Positions 1-11,802 of a DNA stretch of 64,000 nucleotides are shown piece after piece. The position numbers were made by a program, and so were the translations under genes. The notes beneath the pieces are model-generated. The model made no database searches. It saw only the letters and a program-made list of their open reading frames with translations, and was not told the DNA's origin. Each line of letters starts with the position of its first letter. Positions within the stretch are counted from its first letter, which is position 1. The stretch lies in assembly GCF_006345805.1 (NCBI RefSeq), contig NC_043010.1, positions 47,988,001 to 48,052,000 on the forward strand, read 5' to 3'. The stretch is from Octopus sinensis (lineage: Eukaryota).

Positions 1-2
1 AC

Positions 3-75
3 CTTCACAGCCACTGACTGCATTTCGTTGTAACAGAACCTCCTCCGACATTGCTTCCATCGGTTCTTCGTCCAT
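3..75 (-). CDS. probable first coding exon of an unidentified gene running off the left edge (MDEEPMEAMSEEVLLQRNAVSGCE...)
   Basis: Reverse strand has a perfect Kozak context ACCATGG (ATG at 75), 24 open codons, then G|GT at the window edge. The adjacent 230-420 stretch is CpG-rich and promoter-like. Confidence 0.55.
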   Translation of the reverse strand, partial: MDEEPMEAMSEEVLLQRNAVSGCE

Positions 76-661
76 GGTGATGCAACTCAGTTGTCTTAGG
101 TTTTTCAAAAAAAAAAAAAAAAATGCAACTAACACACACCGACGCTAAAAAAAAAAAAAACTAAAACGAAATTTGAATTACAGTTCCACTAAAACTATTT
201 ACTTATTCAAATTAGCTGAGCACTCACCAGGTAAGCGAGCCGAATTGAAATCTCGCGTACAACAGACAACCATCTGCGGTCGTTTTATGGCAAATAACTG
301 CCAGGGGAGAAAATCAAAAACCGGCAGATTTACGACAGTCGTCGTAAAATGCACGTTATGCGATTTCCTCAACAATTGACGACGCTCAGAGATTACTTTT
401 AAAACGCTTGACGATTTCCCAAACGCTTTTATTGATGTTAGAATTCTATATAGTGCTTTTATTCTTTTTTTACCAATACTTATTGTTGTTGTTTTTTTAT
501 ATATAGTAAATAAAAAAATAATACGGAGATTAACTTGCATAGCAAGTGACCTGATCTGAGATCGTGCGCTGGAACGAAAACAATTGCAGCGTGGAAGGTG
601 TTTATAAGCCATTTAAGAAACACAAAAACCGTTAGATTCACTTCGACATTTAAATTTAATT

Positions 662-711
662 AGCCAAAATATTTTCGTCGCTTTGAGACCGCGACCTGTT
701 CACAAATAACT
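662..711 (-). ncRNA. hammerhead-like fold with G3-C8 swapped core, in a probable Penelope-type repeat (~495-720)
   Basis: Minus strand GTGAACA-G-GTCGC(ggtctcaaa)GCGAC-GAAA-ATAT-TT. Stem II is perfect and stem III is palindromic (AATATT); stem I is poor in this copy. Confidence 0.4.
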
Positions 712-740
712 TAGTTGGGATTAAATATCTATTACTCTCT

Positions 741-1110
741 CTCTCTCTTTTACTTGTTTCAGTCATTTGACTGCGGCCATGCTGGAGCACTGCCTTTAGT
801 CGAGCAAATCGACCCCGGGACTTATTCTTTGTAAACCCAGTACTTATTCTATCGGTCTCTTTTTGCCGAACCGCTAAGTGACGGGGACGTAAGCACACCA
901 GCATCGGTTGTCAAACACAGACACACACATATATACACATATATACGACAGGCTTCTTTCAGTTTCCGTCTACCAAATCCACTCAAAAGGCATTGGTCGG
1001 CCCGGGGCTATAGCAGAAGACACTTGCCCAAGATGCCACGCAGTGGGACTGAACCCAGAACCATGTGGTTGGTTAGCAAGCTACTTACCACACAGCCACT
1101 CCTGCGCCTA
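741..1110 (-). mobile_element. tRNA-derived SINE, family A, near full length
   Basis: Head (rc) GGAGTGGCTGTGTGGTAAG...GGTTCAGTCCC with A/B-box-like motifs, internal (CA/TA)n and tail CAGCATGGCCGCAGTCAAATGACTGAAACAAG. More than 15 related copies occur in the window. Confidence 0.85.
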
Positions 1111-1230
1111 TTGTATATATAACGTAATTTTATTTTTATCTCCTTAATATTTGAAATGTATAGGTCATGCTTAGTATGTCTATTTCAAAATCTGAGTTTT
1201 TGAAATTGCTTTTGTAATTAAAATATTTAT

Positions 1231-1288
1231 GGTGTGTGTGTGTGTGTGTGTGTGTGTGAGTGTGTGTGTGTGAGAGAGAGAGAGAGAG
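1231..1288. repeat. (GT)n(GA)n microsatellite
   Basis: Read directly from the sequence. Confidence 0.95.
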
Positions 1289-1673
1289 CCTTTTACACCT
1301 ACCCTACAGCTATTTCATAGCTTTGAGATTTTGACAATGTGATTGTTTATTTTTAAAATGGCACTGTAGGGTAGGTGTAAAAGGCCAGATCTGACCAGTT
1401 TAAAGATAAAACAGGTAGAATGCTTCGGCCAGATATGGTCATTTTAAATGCTAAAGGGTTAAACCTGATTGAACCAATTACAAAGAGTGTAAATGACATG
1501 GAAAAGATGCTGTCTGACTGTCTGTCTCTCTCAATGACTTTAAAAAACTTAACACATGCTCTTTCATCATCATCATCAGAAAGAATTTCCTGCATTCAAT
1601 CCTGCAGCTTGAATTTGATGGTAAAACAGAATATGTTATTTTAAATTTCTGGAACTCATCATTAATATGCATC

Positions 1674-1901
1674 TTAAGCCTTTTGTTATCATATTTCTGT
1701 CAATATATTTTTTGTGTTCGTTTCAATTAATTTTGAAGATAATGAAGAATTTAGTAAAATAACTTTCTCGTTATTAATCTGGGGTCTAGGACAAATCAGC
1801 ATAAAATCTTGATGACAGATTATAATTTAGACCACTTTAAAACAGTAAGTTTATGTCATAGAACCTGGGGTGGTCACAGGTGGGTTGGTATCAAGGGTTA
1901 A
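1674..1901. mobile_element. piggyBac-like MITE (TTAA-flanked)
   Basis: TTAAGCCTTTTG...TATCAAGGGTTAA; internal sequence is similar to the copy at 15239-15467. Confidence 0.6.
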
Positions 1902-3029
1902 ACCAAACATTGATCAAACCTGCAGGTAAATACTAAAACTATAAGAAATTATTTCCCCAGATATGTACTTTCAAACATATCGGACCCTAATTAGTTGCCA
2001 TCATAACTATGGTATTATTTTGTGGAGTCCTCTTTCTAGCAAAAATTTAAATTTACAGAGACAAACCATGAAATTAGTTTTAACTCTTTTACTGTGGAAA
2101 TCAGTCATAAATACCAATCTATCTTTTGTTGAAGAACGTCAAGTTTGTAATTATTTTTGGTTGAGATGTGTGATTATTGAGTCTGGCAGAAAATAGCAAT
2201 TCTATTATTTGGTAGATATTAAACATCATTACCAGAATATGTAAGAAATTTAGAATGGTTGTATACTGTTAATTTAACGTGATGGTAGGGGATTACACCA
2301 CCGTTGTTTAGCCCTAGGAAGCATCGACGCTTCCTGCCGGCTTCGACACATTTTTTTCCTGTGTCCTTATATATTTATGAAGGGGAGACAAACACCCCCC
2401 CCCCCAGCAGCCAGGCCTATTTAATTTCACAATTAAAGTGTTAAGTTGGGCAAACAAGTAGACATCCACACTTATACCAATCAGATTCTATGTTAATTTT
2501 AGTCTTAGTGTTCTTCCTAAATTTCTGTTAGACATGCAATGCAAGCTTTCACAAGACCTGTACACAGCTGCAATTCTTTGAAAAAAATTATTCAAAAATA
2601 AACTTGCTTACAAAAAAAAAAGAAGAAAAATATAGTAACCATCACTATAACTCAATAAGCATTGCATTTCACTTTCAAAAACAAACTACCTGTTCCTATT
2701 TGACTGATAAATTATGTAACCTGTTATGTCTAGCTGCATTAATTACTTATGCATTTGCAAATAGATTATAGCTCTAGTCTCATTTTACACTACTTTTGGA
2801 ATATCTTTTTTGTTTTTAATTTTGCTGTTAATTTAGTTATAAGAACCACAAAAGGCTAGTGACGATTTTGGTTTGTCAGACATTCATTAATGCTTTATTT
2901 TCTCTTGTTTTATTCGCCATCACTTAACATCCATTTTCATGCTGGCATGGGTTGGTTTGGGTGGTTTGACAAGCTCAAGCAAGATACAAGGCTGCTCCAA
3001 GTTCATACATTGTAATTTGCTGTTGATGC

Positions 3030-3390
3030 TTTGTTTGTTTGTTTGTTTGTTGAGTGAAGTGGTCTTTCGTCCCAGAGTGGGAGAAGTCCGAAATGTGGTC
3101 CTTTGCTATTCGTAAGACCCGCAGAAGAGAAAGCAGGTCAACTCCCGACACCGAGAGCATCGACGGATGGGTGAATGGGCATCCAGGCTCAGCGGTTGCG
3201 TAGGAAGTCGGGGACAAGAAACAGGAAGAAAGAGTGAGAGAAAGTTGAAGCGAAAGAGTACAACAGGGGTTGCCACCACCCCCTGCCGGAGCCTCGTGAA
3301 GCTTTAGGTGTTTTTGCTCAATAAACACACACATCTGGGAATCAAAACTGTGAGTCTGCTGCCCTAACCACTGGGCCATTGTGCCTTCTG
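3030..3390 (-). mobile_element. SINE with family D head 1, a GC-rich alternative tail and (CAAA)n end
   Basis: 3215-3390 matches 7262-7438 (GAAAGAGTACA...CTGGGAATC...GCTGCCCTAACCACTGGGCCATTG); (TTTG)n at 3030-3050. Confidence 0.7.
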
Positions 3391-3849
3391 CTGTTGATGC
3401 ACACACTGTCTGTCACTATTTTCCCTTCTTCACTTCTCTATGCATGACTTCACTTATTGGCTATTTACACTTTTTTTTTAGTTCTGGCTTCATCCGCTTC
3501 ATCCACTTCATAATCTGATCTTTTAATCCTCTCAAGCCATCAACCCATCATTTTATTCATTGTTTGTTAATTTCTAACCAAAGTAACAACACTGACTCTT
3601 CTTCACTCTCAGATAAAGAGCAACAGCCTGAAGCATTAAATTTTACATCCCACATAACAAGTGAACTTATATTCTGTAGAATAATCATTGTGAAGCCTCC
3701 AGTTTCCTTGGGTTCCATATTTAACTGTAATTAGTGATAGCATTAAGTAAATAAAAGGAGCAGAAGTTAAACTGCTTTCTCTTTAGGCAGCAATGAGGTT
3801 TACCATGCATAAAACAGACTGAATAAAGGATATTAAAAAAAAAAAAAAG

Positions 3850-4170
3850 ACTCCGCCGGTTACGACGACGAGTGTCCCAGCTGATACGATCAACGGAACA
3901 GCTTGCTCGTGAAATTAACATGCAAATGGCTGAGCATTCCACAGACACGTGTACCCTTAACGTAGTTCTCGGGGATAATCAGCGTGACACAGAGAGTGAC
4001 AAGGCTGACCCTTTGAAATACAAGTACAACTCATTTTTGCCAGCTGAGTGGACTGGAGCAACGTGAAATAAAGTGTCTTGCTCAAGGACACAACGCGTCG
4101 CTGGGAATCGAACTCACAACCTTACGATCATGAGCCGAATGCCCTAACCACTAAGCCACGCGCCCTCACG
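3850..4170 (-). mobile_element. SINE with family D head 2 and the GGTTACGACGACG tail
   Basis: 3850-4020 is shared with 7085-7255. The tRNA-like head at 4095-4170 is related to 4470-4600 and 61200-61325. Confidence 0.8.
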
Positions 4171-5054
4171 AATAAAGGATATAAAATCAACAGAATTGGT
4201 TGTTCTTTGCTGTGTATTTCTTTCTTACTTAACTGTATCAAGAAACTGCATCTTACCTTTTTCCAATCCATTCCTCATATCCATGTCCAACAATCAAAAA
4301 CTTAAGTGCCAATTTTGTCTATTTTCTTCTGCTTAACTATACACTTTAGTATGTCAGAAACTGACAATTGACAAGTCCCTTAACCCCTTGGGGAGCTGCA
4401 TCCATGCATCGTATCTAAAGTGAGAAAGCCTGGCAGAGCCCATTCCTCTCCAGGCTAAACCCATTTCTACAGCGAAGTGGACTGGAGCAACGTGAAATGA
4501 AGTGTTTTGCTCAAGAACACAATGGATTGCCCAGTCCAGGGATCAAAATCACAATCTTATGGTCATGAGTCCAACACCCTAATCAGTAAGCAACACACAT
4601 CCATGTGTCAGAAACCACTAAATCTGAAGTACCTAATTTTTTTTTCTTTGACTGCAAACTCTAAACTAATTTTGATGAAATTTTGCTGATTTAACAAGGT
4701 ATTTGGATATTAACCTTTTAGCATTTAAAATGGCCATATCCAGCCAAAATATTCTTGTTTTATCTTTTAATCAGCAAGATCTGACTTCTCATACACACCC
4801 CTAAAATGACATTCCAAAAATAAACAATTACGTCATTGAAATCTCTAAGCTATGAGATAATGAATGATCAATAAAAAAAGAATTACATTTGACAGAGTAA
4901 TCTGAATGCCAAAGTGTAAAATATGCTGAATTATATAACATATGGTGAGCAAAACCCAATGAAAAATAAAACAATCATATGTTCAAACACATAGTTACAC
5001 AGGGTTTTGCTTTCTTCCATATATTAGTGACTATAATATAGTATTGTAAAATAC

Positions 5055-5431
5055 ATGTGATGGCACATGGGAAAAAACCATCGGATGTCGTTTAATAGAC
5101 AAATGAAAAAAATGGGGTCAAAATCACTACCGGATGATTTTACATATTAGCTGTGGAAAATTATGATAACCTGAATACCAGGAGTCTTACCCATTTTATG
5201 AATGAGAAAAAGGATGAAGTTGTGAAAAGTTTCTAGTTCTCACGTGCATTTCAACTTCAAACGTTTTCTCAAAAGGGCCTGATTTCTGGGTCACATCTGC
5301 TTATCCAAGGAAAATGGCATGTCTCAGTCAAAGTGTATGAAATCTGTGAGATAGGTTCTTTCTGAATAAAACTTAAAACACTTTTTCAAATTTTTCACCT
5401 TGTTAATGTTTTTCCCATGTACCAAACACTG
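5055..5431. mobile_element. MITE-like element with terminal inverted repeats
   Basis: TGGCACATGGGAAAAAACCAT (~5061) is inverted relative to ATGTTTTTCCCATGTACCA (~5406-5424). Confidence 0.5.
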
Positions 5432-5472
5432 ATAACAATTTAGAAAAAATTTCTTTGTAATTAGTTATTAAC

Positions 5473-5875
5473 TAGGTGCATGAGTGGCTGTGTGGTAAGT
5501 AGCTTGCTTACCAACTACATAGTTCCAGGTCCAGTCCCACTGCGTGGCACCTTGGGCAGTGTCTTCTACAATAGCCTCGGGATGACCAAAGGGACATAAA
5601 CACACCAGCATCAGTTGTCAAGCGATGTTGGGGGACACACAAACAAGCATATACACACACATACATATATATATATATATACGACGGGCTTCTTTCAGTT
5701 TCCAACTACCAAATCTGCTCATAAGGCTTTGGTCGGCCTGAGGCTATAGTAGAAGACACTTGCCCAAGGTGCCATGCAGTGGGACTGAACCCGGAACCAT
5801 GTGGTTGGTTAGCAAGCTACTTACCACACAGCCACTCCTACACCTAACTTACACACAGCCACTCCTGTGCCTATC
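5473..5875. mobile_element. two family A SINE pieces in inverted orientation
   Basis: 5473-5591 (plus-strand head) is the reverse complement of 5726-5846 (minus-strand head). Confidence 0.85.
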
Positions 5876-6094
5876 TAACTATATTTGAATATCATGTAGT
5901 TTCTTAATTTGTGTTTCATTGTTTTCTACAGTTGGCTCGTTTTCTCCGCTCCAATAAATGAGACTTGTTAAACAACTTATGGAGACACTTCCTTACCTCA
6001 TTCATACATTTAAATCAACTGCTCAATGACATTTCCATTTATGCTGTGCTATCATGTAATTTAATATCAGTACATTAATCTACTAATATAGATA

Positions 6095-6280
6095 GTGCAG
6101 GTGGCACGTAAAAAGCACCCACTACACTCACGGAGTGGTTGGTGTTAGGAAGGGCATCCAACTGTAGAAACATTGCCAGATAAGACTGGAGCTTGGTGCA
6201 GCCTTCTGGCTTCCCAGATCCCCGGTCGAACCATCCAACCCATGCTAGCATGGAGAACGGACGTTAAACGATGATGACGT
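6095..6280 (+). mobile_element. SINE family C 3' part, (GAT)n-ended
   Basis: GAGTGGTTGG..TTAGGAAGGGCATCC...CCAACCCATGCTAGCATGG..GGACGTTAAACGATGATGA, shared with 16340, 50725 and 63130. Confidence 0.8.
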
Positions 6281-6379
6281 CATTAGAATTAATAAGAGGG
6301 TCATACTAAACCCTTTAAGATGATGCGCTTGCATGGCTGCAATCCAATAACTAAAACAAGATAAAAGTAAAAAATATAT

Positions 6380-6775
6380 AGGCATAGGAGTGGCTGTGTG
6401 GTAAGTAACTTGCTTACGAACTACATGGTTCCGGGTTCAGTCCCACTGCGTGGCACCTTGGGCAAGTGTCTTCTACTATAGCTTCCAGCCGACCAAAGCC
6501 TTGTGAGTGGACTTGGTAGATGGAAACTGAAAGAAGCCCATCGTATATATGTACATGTGAGTATATATTTGTGTGTCTGTGTTTGTCCCTCCAACATTGC
6601 TTGACAACCGATGCTGGTGTGTTTATGTTCCCATAACTTAGCGGTTCGGCAAGAGACCAATAGAAAAAGTACTAGGCTTACAAAGAATAAGTCCTGGGGT
6701 CGATTTGCTCAACCAAAGGTGGTGCTCCAGCATGGTCACAGTCAAATGACTGAAACAGGTAAAAGAGTAAAGAGT
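6380..6775 (+). mobile_element. SINE family A, full length
   Basis: Same head, body and tail as 741-1110 in the opposite orientation. Confidence 0.85.
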
Positions 6776-7074
6776 ATATACTCGATTATAAGGACTGTCA
6801 TTGGTAACAACTGGGAGCAGAGAATGAATTGAATGAAGAGTACTTCTCAACAAGATTCTAAAAGAGTCCATGACCTTTAAGTCAAGAATACTGACATATT
6901 TATAGTCTGATTGGTCCCTTCCTGTTGGTTTAAGGGAATAGATTTAATTTACACAAGAAGACCTCCCCATCACAACAGAATTGATGTCCTAAAAATCAAA
7001 GTGTCACATAAAAAAGCATTGGTGTGGGTGCTGGAGCCATGTAAAAAGCACTGGTGATGGTTTTGTAAGAGTAG

Positions 7075-7440
7075 CAATGGAAGCACTCCGTCAGTTACGA
7101 CGACAAGGGTTCCGGTTGATCCGAATCAACGGAACAGCCAGCTCGTGAAATTAACGTGTAAGTGGCCGAGCACTCCACAGACACGTGTACCCTAAACGTA
7201 GTTCTCAAGGATATTCAGCGTGACACAGAGTGACAAGGCCGGCCCTTTGAAATACAGATACAACAGAAGCAGGAAGTAAGAGTGAAAGTTGTGGTGAAAG
7301 AGTACAGCAGGGATCACCACCATCCCCTGCCAGAGCCACGTGGAGCTTTAGGTGTTTTTGCTCAAACACTCACAATGCCCGGTCTGGGAATCGAAACCGC
7401 GAGTCCGCTGCCCTAACCACTGGGCCATTGCGCCTCCATG
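7075..7440 (-). mobile_element. SINE with family D head 1 and the GTTACGACGAC tail
   Basis: Shares its tail with 3850-4020 and its head with 3215-3390 and 17810-17970. Confidence 0.8.
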
Positions 7441-7723
7441 GGAATAGCAATATTTACAATGTGGTTATAAACAATAGCATCATTTCAGGCCAATGCTGTC
7501 TTGTAATGTTGGTTTTGATCTCAAGTAGTCTTAGCTTTAATACCTATCAACATCATTCCAAAAATAAAAGCATTATTGAAGATTTTGTATACTGTTCAAA
7601 CAGCACAGCCTTGAAATTGCAATTTTTAATCAAGAGTTTCACAGGTTTGAAAAAAAACTGATCCAGAGACTTGATTGTTTGAGTGTCACAGGTCAATGTC
7701 TCAGAAAAGCCATATTTACAGGT

Positions 7724-7951
7724 TTAACCCTTTAGTGTTTAAACCGGCCATATCTGGCCCAGATATTCTACATGTTTTATATTCAAACTGGCGATATCTA
7801 GCCTCTCACACCTAACCTGCATTGACATTCTAAAAATAAACAATCGCATCATAGAATTGTCAAAGCTATAAGATAATGCATGATTAATTCAAAACAATTT
7901 GAGTGAAAAAGTATTACATTTAACAGAGTAATCTGAACACCAAAGGGTTAA
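7724..7951. mobile_element. piggyBac-like MITE
   Basis: TTAA|CCCTTTAGTGTT...AACACCAAAGGG|TTAA. Related degenerate copies at ~1290-1462, 4710-4920, 8150-8372, 13070-13240, 17237-17644 and 55061-55280. Confidence 0.75.
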
Positions 7952-8809
7952 ATTATACATACACATTCTTTTCACACCTATCAGTCTCATACTTGTTACC
8001 AGTGTTAAATTTGAATACTTCATGAGATATAGTTTGTGAGGAAGTAAAATTTAATTGTGGAAGCATATAGCTTAATGGTTAGGCTGTCAGACTCAGGATT
8101 GCAATTTTGATTCCTGGACCAGGTGATGCATAGTGTTTTTCAGCAAAACACTTAACCCCTGAACATTTAATGCAGCTGGAATATTCTACAGGTTTTGTGT
8201 TAAAACCTGACCAGATCCAACCTCTCACACCTACCAGACAATGTTGTTCTAAAACTATACAAACATACCATTGAAATCTCAAAGTTACAAGATAACACAT
8301 GATTAAATTCAAAACAATGTGGATAAATAAGCAATACATTTGACAATGCAATCTGAATGGCAAATGGTTAATTCCACACTGCTCCAGCCCACTCAGCTGG
8401 CAAAAATGAGTATTCCTTTAACTGGTGTCTCATCCAAGGGAGAATATATACACCACAGAAACCAGCCTTGTGAGTCTATTGAGATATGGAACTACTAAGT
8501 AACTTTTCAAATGCACATAGCCAGAGTTTGAATTTAGACAATGCAGATGCCAATTGAGAATTTTGCCAAGTCTTTCAAGACAAAAATTTTGTTTATCTCT
8601 GATTCAATGAATAATCTGCCATAAAAAGTAAAAGACACAATCACAGCTGAAATATTGAACTCTCTCTGGGTCAGTCTAAGAAACTGTAAACATGAGCACC
8701 AGCATGACATGGATGCCTTTTTACATGGCACCCGTGGAGAAATTCAATTACTGAACTGATAAATTGCAGTTGTCTTTCTTCAAGATATGAAATTTTAGTT
8801 TACTTATTG

Positions 8810-9145
8810 TCATTAGATTAAAGCCATGCTGGGGCATTGCCTTGAATTTCTTTCAGTCAAATGAATGAACTATAGTGCTTATTTTTCGTTAAGCCTTTCT
8901 GTCTCTTTTGCTGAACACTAAGTTACAGGGGACTTAAACACTAACACTAGCTGTCAAGTGGTAGACAGGGCAGACAGACACACATGACAGTCTTCTTTTA
9001 GTTTCCATCAATCAAATTCACTCACAAGGCTTTGGTTGGCCTAAGGCTATAGTAGAAGACACTTTCCCAAGGTGTCACGTAGTGGGACTGAGCCCGGAAC
9101 CATATGGTAGGGAAGCTAGCTTCTTACATTACATGCCTGCACCTA
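8810..9145 (-). mobile_element. SINE family A, diverged
   Basis: Similarity to 741-1110. Confidence 0.75.
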
Positions 9146-9294
9146 TATTTCATTTACCTGTATCACAATGAATAAAAAGCAGTGTTTACTGGTGTCAGCA
9201 GAAGAGTTTATAGTGGAGTAAAACACAGAGGAGTTGATAGATTAGGACTGAAGGATGAATAATGAAAATGACAGGTGGTAGAAAAAGAGATTGC

Positions 9295-9300
9295 TTTATT
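9295..9300 (-). promoter_or_regulatory. probable PAICS polyadenylation signal
   Basis: AATAAA on the minus strand ~105 nt downstream of the stop codon. Confidence 0.45.
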
Positions 9301-9404
9301 TCATCTTGAACAAAAGGGAAATATTGATAGGGAGATGAAATACAAAACAATTTTTAAAAATTGTTTAGGAGGGAAAATAGGTTTGTTCACAACCAAATAC
9401 AAAA

Positions 9405-9565
9405 TCAGCAAATACGACTGCTCATGTCAGACTTCTTTACTCCCAGCCAGTTCTTGAATGTCAACACTCGCATTTTAGCCCAAAGCCTCTCATTGGACAG
9501 TGCCAAAATCTGGGCAGCATGAATCGCTGCTGCTTCAGGGAAAATTACAGTAGAGCAACCAAGTC
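9405..9565 (-). CDS. PAICS: PAICS last coding exon (GLGCSTVIFPEAAAIHAAQILALSNERLWAKMRVLTFKNWLGVKKSDMSSRIC*)
   Basis: Acceptor tttgcag|, phase consistent with the previous exon, TGA at 9405-9407. Matches the metazoan PAICS AIR-carboxylase C-terminus (SGLGCSTV...AAQI). Confidence 0.95.
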
Positions 9566-10519
9566 CTGCAAATTAAAAAGAAAAAAAAGCAAATGATTTG
9601 TAAGGAGTGTGTTATGTCAGATAAACTGTTATTGAGAGAATTAACCCTAAACTAAATTATAGTGATGTCTAAATATGAAATGAGGTGCAGACATGGATGT
9701 ATGATTAACAAGTACATTTAGCAATGACAAGCTTTTAGGTTCAAATCCACAGCACCGTACATTGGACAACCATCATCAACTATGGTCTTGGCTGGCCATT
9801 GCTTTCTTGGTGAAATTTGGGAGACAGAAACTATATGGAAGCACATTTCATACACAAATGTATAGAGTGTGATTTCTTTAACATTATAAAACTATATGAA
9901 GGCAGAGTTTCCAATGGTCAGATGCTGTTCTTGATGCCAACCTTCACCCCTAAGCAAGAAGGTAATCCTTCAGTCTATCAAACAATGAACAGTCCAGACA
10001 TATTTTTGGATAACTACAATAACATAGCACTGACTGTATGAATGATGAAGCTTTAAGTGCTCTCACATACACACAGGTATGTTCCAGCCCCCCCCCCCAA
10101 TCAATTTCACCCACAAGACATTGGTCAACTTGCAGCTATAGTAGAGGACATTAGCCAACATATTCCATGTGGGCCAAATTTCTATGTGGCTTCAAACCAA
10201 TGCCAAAGTCATGCTTGTACACGCACGCACACACAATGTACGTGTGTGTGTGTGTGTGTATGTGTGTATGTATGTGTGCATGTTGTGAAAATGGAAATTT
10301 GAGATTACAACAAGCCAGTGATATATGTAGTGTGTGCATGCATTTAAGTTGATATTCTAAGGTTTCATTTATCACTGTTAGTAAAGTGGTGATACATTTA
10401 ATTTTTGAAGATCCATGGATCCATTTTTCTCTAAAAATGAAGTAGATAGTTTCAAAAATTATAATTGATTTACGTTGTTCAAGAAGTGTAGAAATAAACA
10501 GCAGGATAGACAAAATTAC

Positions 10520-10678
10520 CTGATGGTAATCTCAAAGATGACCAAAGATCCTCTTGTTCCCAGTTTGAAGAGAGGGGAGGGCAATTGATAACTGGCAAGT
10601 TAGTATTACCAGCCAACACAGGACCGAGCCCATTACTTCGACCAGCAACTGCTATTATCACAGTGGGAATACCTTGGC
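10520..10678 (-). CDS. PAICS: PAICS exon, AIR carboxylase domain ([13 protein letters not shown]...NCPP...WSSLRLPSG)
   Basis: Diagnostic PurE class II motifs; ag|...|gtaatt; 159 nt. Confidence 0.97.
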
Positions 10679-10752
10679 CTAAAAATTCAAAGAAAAAAAA
10701 TGATAACATATGCTTTAAATAGGCAGAATTCTTTTTGTTTTAGATTACAGAG

Positions 10753-11058
10753 CAGAGGTTCTCAACCATTTTTTATCTATGAACCCCCTCAATTACTATT
10801 TTATTCTGGTGGACCCCCCTTAGCCACTTGATGCTTAAAAACCGGTTTTATAGAAACTTGAGAATTTCTATTTTGTTTTCCGCATTAACTTGTCTAGGCT
10901 GAACTATGTAAAATTAGAGAAAGAAGCCTAGTTGTTTCTTGCAACACACATCTATAGCAAAAGTTTTTAGGGCTCTTAAAATACCATTGCGGATAACATA
11001 CTATTTTCTTGAGTGGACCCCCCACCCATCTTATATGGGCCACAGTTGAGAACTACTG
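10753..11058. mobile_element. hAT-like MITE in a PAICS intron
   Basis: TIRs CAGAGGTTCTCAAC / GTTGAGAACTACTG; degenerate 8-bp TSD TTACAGAG / TAATAGAG. Confidence 0.7.
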
Positions 11059-11220
11059 TAATAGAGTAAGAATGATTAAAATACATACAAAATAAGGAAA
11101 GACAGTAAAAAAGAAGGCTGACAGCAGGAGCTGAATGAGGGAAAGATAACTAAAAAAATTAAAATGCTGACAAAAAAAAAAAAGGGGGTGGCGGAAAGGA
11201 GGATAAGAAGAGGCACTAAC

Positions 11221-11398
11221 CTTCATATTCAGCAAGGAGTTTGAGAGTACTTTCAGTACATTTGTGAGCAGATGTTACACGCATTGAACAAGGAAGATGC
11301 AGTTTCTCTAAATAGGTTTGAATCTTTTGACAAAAGGCCATATCTGAAGCTGAACCCATGAATACCACAACCTGACACACCTTCTTTGGCATTATTTC
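11221..11398 (-). CDS. PAICS: PAICS exon (EIMPKKVCQVVVFMGSASD...RVTSAHK...AEYE)
   Basis: MGSxSD and VTSAHK PurE motifs; cag|...|gttagt; 178 nt. Confidence 0.97.
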
Positions 11399-11564
11399 CT
11401 GGTAATCAAAGATAAAATATATAAAGCTTGAGAAAAATTTAGTTAGAAAATATAGGGTAGTATCCACCACTTTTACAAAGGAAGAGCAACCATCATCTTC
11501 CTACATTGGCAATATGGATGATATTCAGCTTGAAATTCTATGGGCAGAAGCTTATAGTGTTAAC

Positions 11565-11802
11565 CAGTGACTCCCAATGTGGCGCATATGCTCCACTGGT
11601 GGGGCCCAGAAAAATTGTGGTGGGATGTGGGATCAAAAATATTTTTCTGTTTTCTTAAGTGGGACATGGAATTATAATTTTTTTTACTTTTGCAGCAAGC
11701 ATACTACACCAACCAATACACAGCCTAGCCAAACCAATCCCTCCAGCAAAGCATACTGTATGAAGACTGACTGCTACAGGAGAAAGTAGGTTGGGAAACA
11801 TA
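11565..11802. mobile_element. hAT-like MITE, degenerate
   Basis: CAGTGACTCCCAA ... TTGGGAAACATAG inverted ends. Confidence 0.45.

Noticed and set aside
656-1147. ORFs with DTCPRCHAVGLNPEPCGW / RRHLPKVPRSGTEPGTM peptides recurring across the window
   Set aside because: Translations of family A SINE sequence.
2316-2335. Hairpin AGGAAGC-atcgac-GCTTCCT as a ribozyme or terminator
   Set aside because: No catalytic core motifs nearby; isolated 7-bp stem.
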